Shown one piece after another: positions 1-8,700 of a DNA stretch of 64,000 bases (the stretch's first letter is position 1; each line of letters starts with the position of its first letter). Source of the DNA: Vulcanimicrobiota bacterium. Its GTDB lineage: Bacteria > Vulcanimicrobiota > Xenobia > Xenobiales > JADMJV01. Where the stretch lies: positions 192,001 through 256,000 of the forward strand of contig JBFWNU010000007.1 of assembly GCA_050250895.1 (NCBI GenBank). The letters are read 5' to 3'. The position numbers were made by a program, and so were the translations under genes. Below the pieces are notes generated by a model. That model searched no databases and was not told the DNA's origin. It saw only the letters and a list, made by a program, of their open reading frames with translations.

Positions 1-933
1 AGTCCCCCTGCGCCCCAAGAGGTCAAGAATACTGCCTATCGACCCGCCGTCGACTGGTGGGAGGCCGAAGGCCAGAAATTCGATTCGACCCGGCAACTGC
101 TCGCCCAGGCCAAAATCCCGGCCGACGGGCTCAAAGCCAGCTATCGCTTTCTCGAGCAAGCTCCCCCGACCGAAAAAGAGAGCACCCTCTACACCGGGTT
201 GACCGGCGCTGCCGCCGGGGCGGCCGTAGGTCTGACCGGGGCGGCGCTCCTTGGGGTGGCCGGGGAACTGCTCGGCCTGTTCACCCAGGTGGTCACTCTG
301 GGTCAGGCTGGCAGTTCGGGGCCCTTTCTGACCGGGCAGGGGCTGGCCATTGCGGCCGCCGGCGGCGCACTGGTGGGTGCTGCTGCGGCTTTGATCGGCC
401 ATCGCAAGCCTTTGCCTTCAGCCGAGGAGTTGGCCGGTTCGCAATCCGGCACGATTCGCCGCGAAACGGCTCAGGATGGAACCACCCACACCGTCTTCTA
501 TCGGAGCAACGATCTGACGCGAGGGATCGACCTGGAAGACTACGCCCAGGCAGCCGAGGCCCCCGCCCCCGAATTGCCCAGCGACGACCAGGCTCGCCGG
601 GATTGGGCCACCCACGGGGCACTGGGTCTGGGTAGCGTGGCCGTTCCTCTGCTCGGCCTGGTCTATCCGGCGGCGACCGGTTCGGCCTTGGGCGGCGCCC
701 TCGACAAAGGCAAGCTGCGCGGGCAGTTCCTGGGCGGAGCGCTGGGTCTGGCCGCCACCGTCGGCACCTATGCTGCCGCCAGTCGGTTCGGCTGGATGGG
801 TTACGTCGGGGGAGCACTGGCTTCGGCCGCCGTCGGGGCTGGAGTGGGAGCCGCTTTCGGCCCCAGGATGGAAGCCAACACCGCCGTCAATCCTGACCTG
901 GCCAAGCAGTGGTGGGCCCCGCTACCTGATTAG
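1..933 (+). CDS. Gly/Ala-rich hypothetical membrane protein (5' truncated by window edge)
   Basis: Frame is open from base 1 (SPPAPQEVKNTAYRPAVDWW...) into ORF 199..933. It has several GxxxG-rich hydrophobic segments and its stop overlaps the convergent gene. Confidence 0.7.
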   Translation, partial: SPPAPQEVKNTAYRPAVDWWEAEGQKFDSTRQLLAQAKIPADGLKASYRFLEQAPPTEKESTLYTGLTGAAAGAAVGLTGAALLGVAGELLGLFTQVVTLGQAGSSGPFLTGQGLAIAAAGGALVGAAAALIGHRKPLPSAEELAGSQSGTIRRETAQDGTTHTVFYRSNDLTRGIDLEDYAQAAEAPAPELPSDDQARRDWATHGALGLGSVAVPLLGLVYPAATGSALGGALDKGKLRGQFLGGALGLAATVGTYAAASRFGWMGYVGGALASAAVGAGVGAAFGPRMEANTAVNPDLAKQWWAPLPD

Positions 934-1736
934 TTCATGAGTTGGTCGGCCGTCGTGCGAATGCCCAGAAAGAAGGGGCCGAACTCGGCGTAGACCGCAC
1001 TGACCTCGTCAAAGCGCATCTCGTAGATCAGCTTCTTGAACTGGACGGCGTCCTCAGAAAACAGGTCGACGCCCCAGTCGAAGTCGTCAAACCCCATCGA
1101 GGATGAGATGATCTGGGTGACCTTACCGAAATACTTGCGGCCGGTCTTGCCGTGACCCTTCATCATTTCGCCTCGCTGGGCCGGAGTGAGCATGAACCAG
1201 TTCTTGTGTTCACCCCGAAGTTTGTTCATGGGGTAAAAGCACACATACTTGTCGGCCGGGATCTCCGGGTAGAGACGGGCCCGCTGGGTCTGGCGATCGC
1301 CCTCGAGCAACTGCTCGAGGGCTTGGTCCCATTCCGGGGTGTCTTCTTCGAGCCCCTGTTTCTGAAGCGTCTTGCTGTAGCGCTCGGCGGCGCCATGCAG
1401 CGACAACTCGACCACCGAGACATAAGAATAGGTATCCTGCAGATAGGCCCACAGGTCCAGCTGGGCCAGTTGGCGCTCGACCTCGTTGAGTTCTTCGGGA
1501 GTATGGCGCAGGTGCACCATCATCAAATCGCCCTTGTGGCCCAGGACGCGGTAGTAGGCGGTGGCCTCGTCGCGGTCCCCCCGTCGGCACAGTTCTTCGA
1601 GGACGGGTTGAGCCTGGGCCAGGACCTGCTGGCGAGCGTCGGCCTCGAGCGCGTTCCAGGCGGGCCAGTCGATGGCCAGGAGTTGATGGAGCATGAAGGC
1701 TCCTTCGAGGGTGGATGGGGGACGATTTTCACTCAT
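930..1736 (-). CDS. chdC: Coproheme decarboxylase (ChdC/HemQ, chlorite dismutase-like family)
   Basis: Motifs RARLYP..CFYPMNK.R...NWFML, GHG..GRKY, GFDDFDWGV.LF and EMRFDEVSA.YAEFGPF match the HemQ/YwfI family. Confidence 0.9.
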   Translation of the reverse strand: MSENRPPSTLEGAFMLHQLLAIDWPAWNALEADARQQVLAQAQPVLEELCRRGDRDEATAYYRVLGHKGDLMMVHLRHTPEELNEVERQLAQLDLWAYLQDTYSYVSVVELSLHGAAERYSKTLQKQGLEEDTPEWDQALEQLLEGDRQTQRARLYPEIPADKYVCFYPMNKLRGEHKNWFMLTPAQRGEMMKGHGKTGRKYFGKVTQIISSSMGFDDFDWGVDLFSEDAVQFKKLIYEMRFDEVSAVYAEFGPFFLGIRTTADQLMN

Positions 1737-1842
1737 GCGGCACCCGTTTTACCCCCTTGGGCCGCCTCCCTCTTTTCGAGAACGCAACAAGCCGGCAACA
1801 ATCTGGTTACCGTTTAGAAACGGGAGTTCGATCCGCTATTGC

Positions 1843-1848
1843 TATACT
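1843..1848 (+). promoter_or_regulatory. Putative sigma70 extended -10 element (TGcTATACT)
   Basis: TG-n-TATACT in an AT-rich intergenic stretch about 40 bp upstream of ORF 1888..2172. Confidence 0.45.
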
Positions 1849-1887
1849 TAATGGTAGGAAAGGGCACCCCTGGGTGCTGACGAGAGG

Positions 1888-2172
1888 TTGAGAGAAACCG
1901 TGAATCGATGCGAGATCACGGCCGTACCGGGCAATGCGTTCGGTGGCCGTTCCAGCCGTGAAGAGTCCACCGTCGACTCTAGTTGCTTCAAAGCTCTGTT
2001 CGAGCAAGAGTTGAACAGCAACGCGTCCCCCCCGCCGGTATTCCGCGCCAGTCAGACCGAGTTTGCTGCTCGGGTCAGTCAGGCTCGTGAGCACCTGCAC
2101 GGCAACCTGGCTTTCCACTCGGTCGAGTTCTCCGGGCCAATCTTCCATTTCGGCAGTCCAGTCTACCGCTAG
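1888..2172 (+). CDS. Small hypothetical protein (start may be GTG at 1900)
   Basis: 94-aa ORF filling the intergenic gap, with an upstream -10 element and a downstream terminator. Confidence 0.55.
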   Translation: MRETVNRCEITAVPGNAFGGRSSREESTVDSSCFKALFEQELNSNASPPPVFRASQTEFAARVSQAREHLHGNLAFHSVEFSGPIFHFGSPVYR

Positions 2173-2196
2173 AGCGGCTCTGGAACGTTCGTTTTG

Positions 2197-2226
2197 AAAA
2201 GGCCCTCTGACCAGGGGGGCCTTTTT
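2197..2226 (+). terminator. Rho-independent terminator (possibly bidirectional)
   Basis: AAAAGGCCCTCT-GACC-AGGGGGGCCTTTTT: GC hairpin flanked by A and T tracts. Confidence 0.7.
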
Positions 2227-2275
2227 GCATGGAACCCGAATGGCGGGCAGGAAAGAAGTTCAAGGAGACCTGCCC

Positions 2276-3637
2276 GTGACGGCCACCCACTTTTCAAATC
2301 GACGTCTGGCACTCGCCGACCTACAGCCCGGAATTCCCGCTCTCTTCTTTAGCGGAGTTCCCCAGTCGCGCAACTTCCCGGCCAATCTCTATCCTTTTCG
2401 AGCCAACAGCCACTATCTTTACTTCGGGGCGCCGGCCATTCCCAACGCCTTCATGTTGGTCCTCAATGGCGAAGCGACGCTCTTCGTGGATCTTCCCGAT
2501 GTTGACGAGGCGGTCTGGACGGGCGAGCCTTACCGGGCCGAACAGCTCAAGAGCCAGTACGGGCTCGAGGCGGTCAAACCGCTGGCCGAACTCGAGGCGG
2601 CCCTCGACGAACTGCAGCGCGAAGAGGTTGTCTCGCTCCCCCTGGCCTCGGTGGCATCCAATGCAGCCATCGAGAAGGTATTGGGCCGTACCCCCGACCT
2701 CGACGGCGACTTCGACAGCGACCTGGCCCAGGCGATGGTCGAACTGAGGTTGTGCCACGACCAGGCCGCCATCGACGGTTTACGCCGCGCGGCCGAGGCT
2801 ACCGTCGAGGCCCACCGCACTGTTTATGGCCAGGTTCGCTCCGGGGTGAGCGAGAGCCAGATCCTTTCAGGGCTGATGGCCTCGGTGATCGCCGCCGGTG
2901 GGGGAGTGTCCTTCGAGCCTATCGTGTCGGTCCACGGCGAGGTTCTCCACAATCCCTTCTATACCAACAAGCTTGCCCCCCACGACTTGCTGGTGGTGGA
3001 TTTTGGGGCCGAGTTGGCCAGCGGCTGGGCGGGAGACGTGACCCGCACCTATCCCGTCGATGGCCAGTTCACGCCCGAGCAGAGAGCCGCCTATGAGTTG
3101 GTGTTGGCCGCTCAGGCTAAAGCCATCGAGATGGTGGCGCCCGGCGTGAGCTACCGCGATGTTCACCTGGCCGCCTGCGGGGTGATGGCCGAGGGATTGG
3201 TCGATATGGGTCTGCTCAAAGGTCAACCCGCCGAGCTGGTCGAGCGAGGCGCGCACGCTCTGTTCTTCCCCCACGGAATCGGCCATCTGCTCGGTCTTGA
3301 TGTGCATGACATGGAAGATTTAGGCGATTTGGCCGGCTACGAGTATGGTGACAGTCGTAACCAGCAGTTCGGGCTGTGCTATCTGCGTCTGGCCCGTCCT
3401 CTGCAACCGGGCATGCTCGTTACGGTCGAGCCCGGCTTCTACTGGATTCCCCAGCTGCTCGAGTCGGCCGAGCGGACCGAGCCCTTCAAAGATTGCCTCG
3501 ACATGGACAAGGTGGCTCGCTTTCGCGGGGTGCGAGGCATTCGCATCGAGGACGAGCTACTGGTCACCGAAGAAGGCCACGAGAACCTGACCGCGGCTCT
3601 GGCCAAGGCAGCCGACGAAGTGGCCGCTAAGGCCTGA
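2276..3637 (+). CDS. pepP: Xaa-Pro aminopeptidase (M24B)
   Basis: YPFRANS N-terminal domain motif. Metal ligands VDFG, GDVTRT, HGIGH..GLDVHD, VEPG and RIEDE are present. RBS AAGGAG lies 8 nt before GTG 2276. Confidence 0.9.
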   Translation: MTATHFSNRRLALADLQPGIPALFFSGVPQSRNFPANLYPFRANSHYLYFGAPAIPNAFMLVLNGEATLFVDLPDVDEAVWTGEPYRAEQLKSQYGLEAVKPLAELEAALDELQREEVVSLPLASVASNAAIEKVLGRTPDLDGDFDSDLAQAMVELRLCHDQAAIDGLRRAAEATVEAHRTVYGQVRSGVSESQILSGLMASVIAAGGGVSFEPIVSVHGEVLHNPFYTNKLAPHDLLVVDFGAELASGWAGDVTRTYPVDGQFTPEQRAAYELVLAAQAKAIEMVAPGVSYRDVHLAACGVMAEGLVDMGLLKGQPAELVERGAHALFFPHGIGHLLGLDVHDMEDLGDLAGYEYGDSRNQQFGLCYLRLARPLQPGMLVTVEPGFYWIPQLLESAERTEPFKDCLDMDKVARFRGVRGIRIEDELLVTEEGHENLTAALAKAADEVAAKA

Positions 3638-4349
3638 AGTCCAGCACGTAAACGGTGGTGGCCGGCGGCAATCTGGCCGAATCCAGGCTTAGTTTGCGAG
3701 CCGTCTGGTACTTGGGAAAGTTGCGTAGATACTTTTCGTTGGTTTGCAGGTCAAAAACCAGGGCCGGCGTCTTGTAGTGCATAGGAATGGCCACCCGCGG
3801 GGCGAGCTTGCGGGTCAGGGTGGCAGCTTGATTGCCGTCGAGGGTATAGATGCCTCCCACGGGGACCAGCAAGACATCCACCCGACCGACCTTCTCGAGC
3901 TGCTCGTCGGTGAGCTGATGTCCCAGGTTTCCCACGTGCAGAATGCGTAGCCCTCCGGCCTCGAACAAGAACATCCCGTTCTTGCCTCGCTCCTTGCCGT
4001 GCGAGTCGTCCTGCCAGGCGCCGATGCCTCGAACCTTCACGTCGCCGCATTCGGTGCGCATCTGGGTCCATTCGCCCTCGAGGGTCAGTCCGTGCAGCAC
4101 ACGGGGGCGTCCTTCGGCCATGGCCACATGGCTGTGATCGAATTCGTCGATAGAGATGGTGATCAGGTCGGCCGGCACCCGGGTGGTGGGGTATCCGATC
4201 ATGGGCGGATAGGGATCGGTCAAGACCCTGGTGCCGCCGGGGCTCACAATGAGAAAGCACGAATGGCCCAGCCACTGGATGGTGACGCCTCCGGCCCAGG
4301 CTGGCGTGGCCAGCCACAACAGCACCAGAGCGCTGAGCCAGCCCCTCAT
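3627..4349 (-). CDS. Exported metallo-beta-lactamase-fold protein with degenerate metal ligands
   Basis: Signal peptide (..ATPAWA). Scaffold IQWLGHSCFLI, TDPY, PVGG.YT and IPMHY, but the HxHxDH position reads ISIDEFDH. Confidence 0.8.
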   Translation of the reverse strand: MRGWLSALVLLWLATPAWAGGVTIQWLGHSCFLIVSPGGTRVLTDPYPPMIGYPTTRVPADLITISIDEFDHSHVAMAEGRPRVLHGLTLEGEWTQMRTECGDVKVRGIGAWQDDSHGKERGKNGMFLFEAGGLRILHVGNLGHQLTDEQLEKVGRVDVLLVPVGGIYTLDGNQAATLTRKLAPRVAIPMHYKTPALVFDLQTNEKYLRNFPKYQTARKLSLDSARLPPATTVYVLDFRP

Positions 4350-4753
4350 TGGAAGATCGGGCCGCTGGGCGGCGGGGCTCCCATCAATCCGGCCACGATG
4401 ATCTGGAAATGGTGGACCCAGGATTCGACCGTCGACTCGATCTGGCCCTCAAGCTCTTTGAGGGCTTCCATATCGTTACAGCCTCGGATCTCGATCTTCA
4501 ATTCTTCGATCTTGCCGCTGAGCGCCTCGAATCGATCCCGCACGCTGGGGTCGGGATGCATGGCCACCAGCTCGTCCATCAAGCGCTCCTGGCGTTCGGT
4601 CAGCTCGTCGATACGCTTGCGCAGCTGCTCGGCCTGGATCATATTGACGGCCGCCGTGGCCATCTTGGCGTTGCGCTCGAGGTCTCCGCTTACGTTGGCA
4701 AGTTCTTCGACACGGCGGCGAACCTCTTGCTTTTTGTCGGTTTGGCCTTCGAC
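4346..4753 (-). CDS. Hypothetical helical/coiled-coil protein (start uncertain: ATG 4663 or GTC 4753)
   Basis: The frame stays open and protein-like upstream of ATG 4663 (EGQTDKKQEVRRRVEELANVSGDLERNAK). AAGGAG lies 8 nt before the in-frame GTC. The stop overlaps the next start (ATGA). Confidence 0.7.
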   Translation of the reverse strand, partial: VEGQTDKKQEVRRRVEELANVSGDLERNAKMATAAVNMIQAEQLRKRIDELTERQERLMDELVAMHPDPSVRDRFEALSGKIEELKIEIRGCNDMEALKELEGQIESTVESWVHHFQIIVAGLMGAPPPSGPIFQ

Positions 4754-4864
4754 GGCACCGGCTCCTTAGCTAACTGATGAGACTGGGTTCACTCCCCCAA
4801 GGAGAGGGAAACGACGCGGTATGAGTTTCGAAAGGCGGATTCGCATTCCTCCCGAGGGTTGCGA

Positions 4865-4958
4865 GGCCGGTCTCCCTTCGCCGGCATTATCCGGAGCAGG
4901 TTCTGAGGGTATGTCAAGGACACTCTCAGCCGATGAAATTCAGCTCCCCTGACCGACC
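4865..4958 (-). ncRNA. TPP (THI-box) riboswitch aptamer
   Basis: Minus strand reads GGTCGGTCAGGGGAGC...GGCTGAGAG...ACCCTCAGAACCTGCTCCGGATAATGCCGGCGAAGGGAGACCGGCC. It contains the conserved GCTGAGA, GAACCTG, TAAT and GCG.AGGGA elements, with a P1 stem GGTCGGTC/GACCGGCC. Confidence 0.92.
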
Positions 4959-4983
4959 CTTAGCTTTTTGCGCCCGGGCTTGC

Positions 4984-5628
4984 TCACTCCTCTTGAAGTC
5001 TGGGTTCGGCCTCGGCCACTTTGCGCAGATAGGTCAGCCAGTGGGCGGTCGCGCCATCGTAGTTAGTCTGGGCAGTGCGCGCCTTTTCGAGACGTGCTTC
5101 CACCGCGGCCAGGTCGGACCGGGCCGCCTGGCGCAGCTGGTCGAGGGGGGTGCGTCCCATCGATTCGCGCGGCCACACCAGGTGGCGCAGCACCAGCAGT
5201 CGCTCCTCGTTGCTTTCGGCTTTGGGCGGAAAGGGGGCCGGCTCTTGCAGCTCGATCGGCTGGCCGCCGTAATCGGCCCGGCGCAAGGTCGATTCGGCTT
5301 GCTCGACATAGTCGCTGAGCAGTTTTTGGGCTCGGGTCAACAGGTCGATCCGGTCCACGAAGGCCGCCTGAATGCTCTGCCGCCGTTCCACCAGGGCCAC
5401 CCCGGCGTAGAGTTCGAGGACGATCTGGTCGTCACGACGCCCGAAAGTGTCGGTGATGGCGCCGGCCAATTCGTCGGGAGTGTTGAAGTCGCCCTCGGCC
5501 AGGGCCTTCAGGCGCACGCGCTCGGCCGGCTCGAGCAGCCGCGAGGCGCGGCCGCGATAGAGCAAGAGGTCGGGGTCGATCCGGGCCCAGGCGGCGCAGG
5601 CCGTGACCAGCAGCAGTGTTGCAATCAA
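4984..5628 (-). CDS. Hypothetical exported helical protein
   Basis: ORF 4984..5670. TTG 5628 gives a signal-peptide-like N-terminus (LIATLLLVTACAAWA) and avoids overlap with uvrB. Confidence 0.65.
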   Translation of the reverse strand: MIATLLLVTACAAWARIDPDLLLYRGRASRLLEPAERVRLKALAEGDFNTPDELAGAITDTFGRRDDQIVLELYAGVALVERRQSIQAAFVDRIDLLTRAQKLLSDYVEQAESTLRRADYGGQPIELQEPAPFPPKAESNEERLLVLRHLVWPRESMGRTPLDQLRQAARSDLAAVEARLEKARTAQTNYDGATAHWLTYLRKVAEAEPRLQEE

Positions 5629-5641
5629 GCCTTTGGATTCG

Positions 5642-5647
5642 TAGAAT
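5642..5647 (+). promoter_or_regulatory. -10 element (TAGAAT) of a probable leaderless uvrB transcript
   Basis: TAGAAT-N6-ATG with no Shine-Dalgarno sequence before ATG 5654. Confidence 0.5.
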
Positions 5648-5653
5648 AGCACG

Positions 5654-7783
5654 ATGGCCAATCCATTCAAGCTCGAAGCCCCATTCCCCGCCAGCGGTGA
5701 CCAACCCGAGGCGATCCGTCAATTGGTCGAAAGCGTCAAAGCCGGCAACCGTTTCACCACCTTGCTGGGAGCCACCGGCACGGGTAAGACCTTCACCGTC
5801 GCCGCCATGTTGGCCCAGCTGAATCGGCCCGCCCTGGTATTGGGCCCGAACAAGACCCTGGTGGCCCAGCTGTGCAGCGAGTTTCGTGAGTTCTTTCCCC
5901 ATAACGCGGTCGAGTATTTCGTCTCTTATTACGACTATTATCAACCCGAGGCTTACATCGCCAATTCCGACACCTACATCGAGAAAGACTCGTCGATCAA
6001 CGACGAGATCGACCGGCTGCGTCACTCGGCCACCCACGCCGTACTCGAACGCCGAGACTCGCTGGTGGTGGCCTCGGTCTCTTGCATCTACGGTCTGGGC
6101 TCGCCCGAGGACTATCGCGACACGGTCCTGGTGTTTCGCCCCGGCGAAGAGTTGCCGCGCCAGTTCTTGCTGCACCGGCTCATCGACATGCAGTACACCC
6201 GCAGCAACAATGTCCTCAACCGAGCCAGTTTTCGACTTCAGGGTGAAGTGCTCGAGGTTCATCCGGTGGACGAAGAGCGGATCTACCGCATCGAGTTTTT
6301 TGGCGACGAGGTCGAGTCGATGGCCGTCTTTGACCCGCTCACCGGCGAGTTGCTGGCCGAGCCCAAGCGGATCGTGGTCTATCCGGCCCGCCACTACGTG
6401 ACCCCTCGTCACAAACGCGAGGCGGCCGTGGCCAGCATCGAGGCCGAGTTGCAAGCTCGCCTGAGCGAGTTTCGTGAGCGCGACAAGTTGCTCGAGGCCC
6501 AGCGGCTCGAGATGCGCACCCGCTACGACCTGGAGATGCTTGAAGAGATCGGCTATTGCAACGGCGTCGAGAACTATTCACGCCACCTCACCGGCCGGGC
6601 CCCGGGCGAGCCGCCGTATACTCTGCTCGACTATTTCCCCGACGATTTTCTGATGATCATCGACGAGTCGCACGTGGCCATTCCTCAGTTGCGGGGCATG
6701 CTTCACGGTGACCGCTCGCGAAAAGACAGTCTGGTCGAGCATGGTTTTCGGCTGCCGTCAGCCTATGATAACCGACCCCTGGCTTTTGACGAGTTTCTCA
6801 AAAGGGTTGGCCAGGTGGTCTTCGTCTCGGCCACCCCGGGCGCTTTCGAGCGCGAAGAGTCGACCGTGGTAGTCGAGCAGATTATTCGGCCCACCGGCCT
6901 GGTCGATCCCGAGGTCGAGATTCGGCCCGTCGACGGCCAGATCGATGACCTTTTGCGCGAGATTCGCGAACGCACCCGAGTTCACGAGCGAACCCTGGTC
7001 ACCACCCTGACCAAGAAGATGGCCGAGGACCTGACCGAGTATCTGGGCGGCCTGGGCGTCAAGGTTCGCTACCTGCACTCGGAAGTCGACACCCTCGGCC
7101 GCATTCAGATCCTGCGCGACCTTCGGCTGGGTGAGTTCGACGTGCTGGTGGGCATCAATCTATTGCGCGAGGGATTGGACCTGCCCGAGGTTTCGCTCGT
7201 GGCCATCCTGGATGCCGACCAGGAAGGCTTTTTGCGGTCGGCGACCTCCTTGATTCAGACCATCGGCCGCGCCGCTCGCAACGTGAGCGGCAAGGTGATT
7301 CTTTACGCCGACAAGGTCACCGGCGCCATCTCGGAAGCGGTCGACGAAACCCAACGGCGACGGGAGATCCAGTTGGCTTACAACGCCGAGCACGGGATCA
7401 CCCCGGCCACCGTCCGTAAGAAAGTGAACGATATTCTCGATACCCTCGGCTACGTTCACGAAGAGACCCGCGAGGCTCGGCGCGAGCGCAAGCAAGAGAT
7501 GGAGCTGCCAGAGCTCGAGGCCGCCATCGGGCGACTCGAGTCGGCCATGCTCGATGCCGCCAAGAATCTCGAGTTCGAAACGGCCGCAGCCTTGCGGGAC
7601 GAGCTCTATGGATTGAAAAAGGCCCTCAACAAGAAGATGGAAGGCCTACCGGTGGCGGCTCGCATGGAGTGGACCGAGAGCCCTCGTCAACAGGTCCAAC
7701 GACGGGCCGTCCCGGCTCCTAAGCCGGGGGAGCCGGGACCTCGTGCTCGCTCTTCGCGGGGCCGCTCACGACGGCGACGATAG
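5654..7783 (+). CDS. uvrB: Excinuclease ABC subunit B
   Basis: [21 protein letters not shown] beta-hairpin, [31 protein letters not shown] and a C-terminal UVR domain ([11 protein letters not shown]). Confidence 0.98.
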   Translation: MANPFKLEAPFPASGDQPEAIRQLVESVKAGNRFTTLLGATGTGKTFTVAAMLAQLNRPALVLGPNKTLVAQLCSEFREFFPHNAVEYFVSYYDYYQPEAYIANSDTYIEKDSSINDEIDRLRHSATHAVLERRDSLVVASVSCIYGLGSPEDYRDTVLVFRPGEELPRQFLLHRLIDMQYTRSNNVLNRASFRLQGEVLEVHPVDEERIYRIEFFGDEVESMAVFDPLTGELLAEPKRIVVYPARHYVTPRHKREAAVASIEAELQARLSEFRERDKLLEAQRLEMRTRYDLEMLEEIGYCNGVENYSRHLTGRAPGEPPYTLLDYFPDDFLMIIDESHVAIPQLRGMLHGDRSRKDSLVEHGFRLPSAYDNRPLAFDEFLKRVGQVVFVSATPGAFEREESTVVVEQIIRPTGLVDPEVEIRPVDGQIDDLLREIRERTRVHERTLVTTLTKKMAEDLTEYLGGLGVKVRYLHSEVDTLGRIQILRDLRLGEFDVLVGINLLREGLDLPEVSLVAILDADQEGFLRSATSLIQTIGRAARNVSGKVILYADKVTGAISEAVDETQRRREIQLAYNAEHGITPATVRKKVNDILDTLGYVHEETREARRERKQEMELPELEAAIGRLESAMLDAAKNLEFETAAALRDELYGLKKALNKKMEGLPVAARMEWTESPRQQVQRRAVPAPKPGEPGPRARSSRGRSRRRR

Positions 7784-7883
7784 CCTGAGAAACCTTTGTA
7801 GCAAAGCGTTTCAAAAATGGTCAGTTCTGGTGATGTTCTTCCAGAATATTTTTGCTATCCTTTAGAAGATACGGGGCATCCGC

Positions 7884-7921
7884 CAAAGCTTCTCCTCCAC
7901 GGACGAGAGGCTTTTTATTTT
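7884..7921 (+). terminator. Rho-independent terminator-like hairpin
   Basis: AAAGCTTCTC-CTCCACGGAC-GAGAGGCTTT followed by TTATTTT, between convergent uvrB and the response regulator. Confidence 0.65.
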
Positions 7922-7944
7922 GTCCGGCGCGAAATCGGGCGGGC

Positions 7945-8592
7945 TTAGCCCGGCAGAACCAGATTGCGCTCGACAGCGTATCGAACCAGCTGGGCCCGGT
8001 TCGAAAGATCGAGCTTGTTCATGATATTGGCCCGGTGGCGCTCGACGGTGTTGGCGCTGATGCCCAGCTCTTTTCCCACTTCGCGAGCGGTCAGTCCCTG
8101 GGCGGTAAGTTGCAGCACTTCGCGCTCGCGCTTGGACAACGGGCAGTCGATCTCGGCGTCGGGAGGGTGCTCGCCCCGATACTCGTCGACCAGACAGCGG
8201 GCCAGGCTGGGATAAAGATAGACTCCGCCCGAAGAGACCGCTCGCACGGCCGAGACCAGGTCGCCCAGGGCCGCCCCTTTGACCACGTAACCGTTGGCGC
8301 CAGCGTTGAGCAGCTCAAAGAAGTAGCGTTTGTCCTCGTGCATGGTGAGCACCAGGATGGGGAGGGTGGGGTGCGCCTGCCGCAGGATTTTGGTAGCCTC
8401 GAGCCCGCCCAGTTCGGGCATGCTGATGTCCATCATCACCAGGTCGGGTAGCTCCTGGTCGACCAGTTCGATGACTTCTTTGCCGTTGGAGGCCTCGCCC
8501 TGGACCTGGATATCTTCTTCGCTCTCTAGCAAGAGGCGAATTCCGGATCGCACGATGGGATGGTCTTCGGCTATCAACACCCGGATCGACAT
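7945..8592 (-). CDS. NarL/FixJ-family (LuxR HTH) response regulator
   Basis: REC domain (AEDH, phospho-acceptor MDISMP, LTMH, YVVK) plus LSKREREVL..TVERHRANIMNKL HTH. Confidence 0.95.
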   Translation of the reverse strand: MSIRVLIAEDHPIVRSGIRLLLESEEDIQVQGEASNGKEVIELVDQELPDLVMMDISMPELGGLEATKILRQAHPTLPILVLTMHEDKRYFFELLNAGANGYVVKGAALGDLVSAVRAVSSGGVYLYPSLARCLVDEYRGEHPPDAEIDCPLSKREREVLQLTAQGLTAREVGKELGISANTVERHRANIMNKLDLSNRAQLVRYAVERNLVLPG

Positions 8593-8700
8593 CTATCTAG
8601 ATTAGCCCCGAGCAGGCGCTTAACCTCCAAGCCGGCGCGGTTGATGGGATTGGACCAATCGGCATGAGGAGAAGGCGTCCGCCGAAGCGAACTGGCTCTT

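Noticed and set aside
4774-4850. Hammerhead ribozyme (CTGATGAG...CGAAA on the + strand)
   Set aside because: Core-like words are present, but stem II is imperfect and I could not find stem I pairing around an NUH site.
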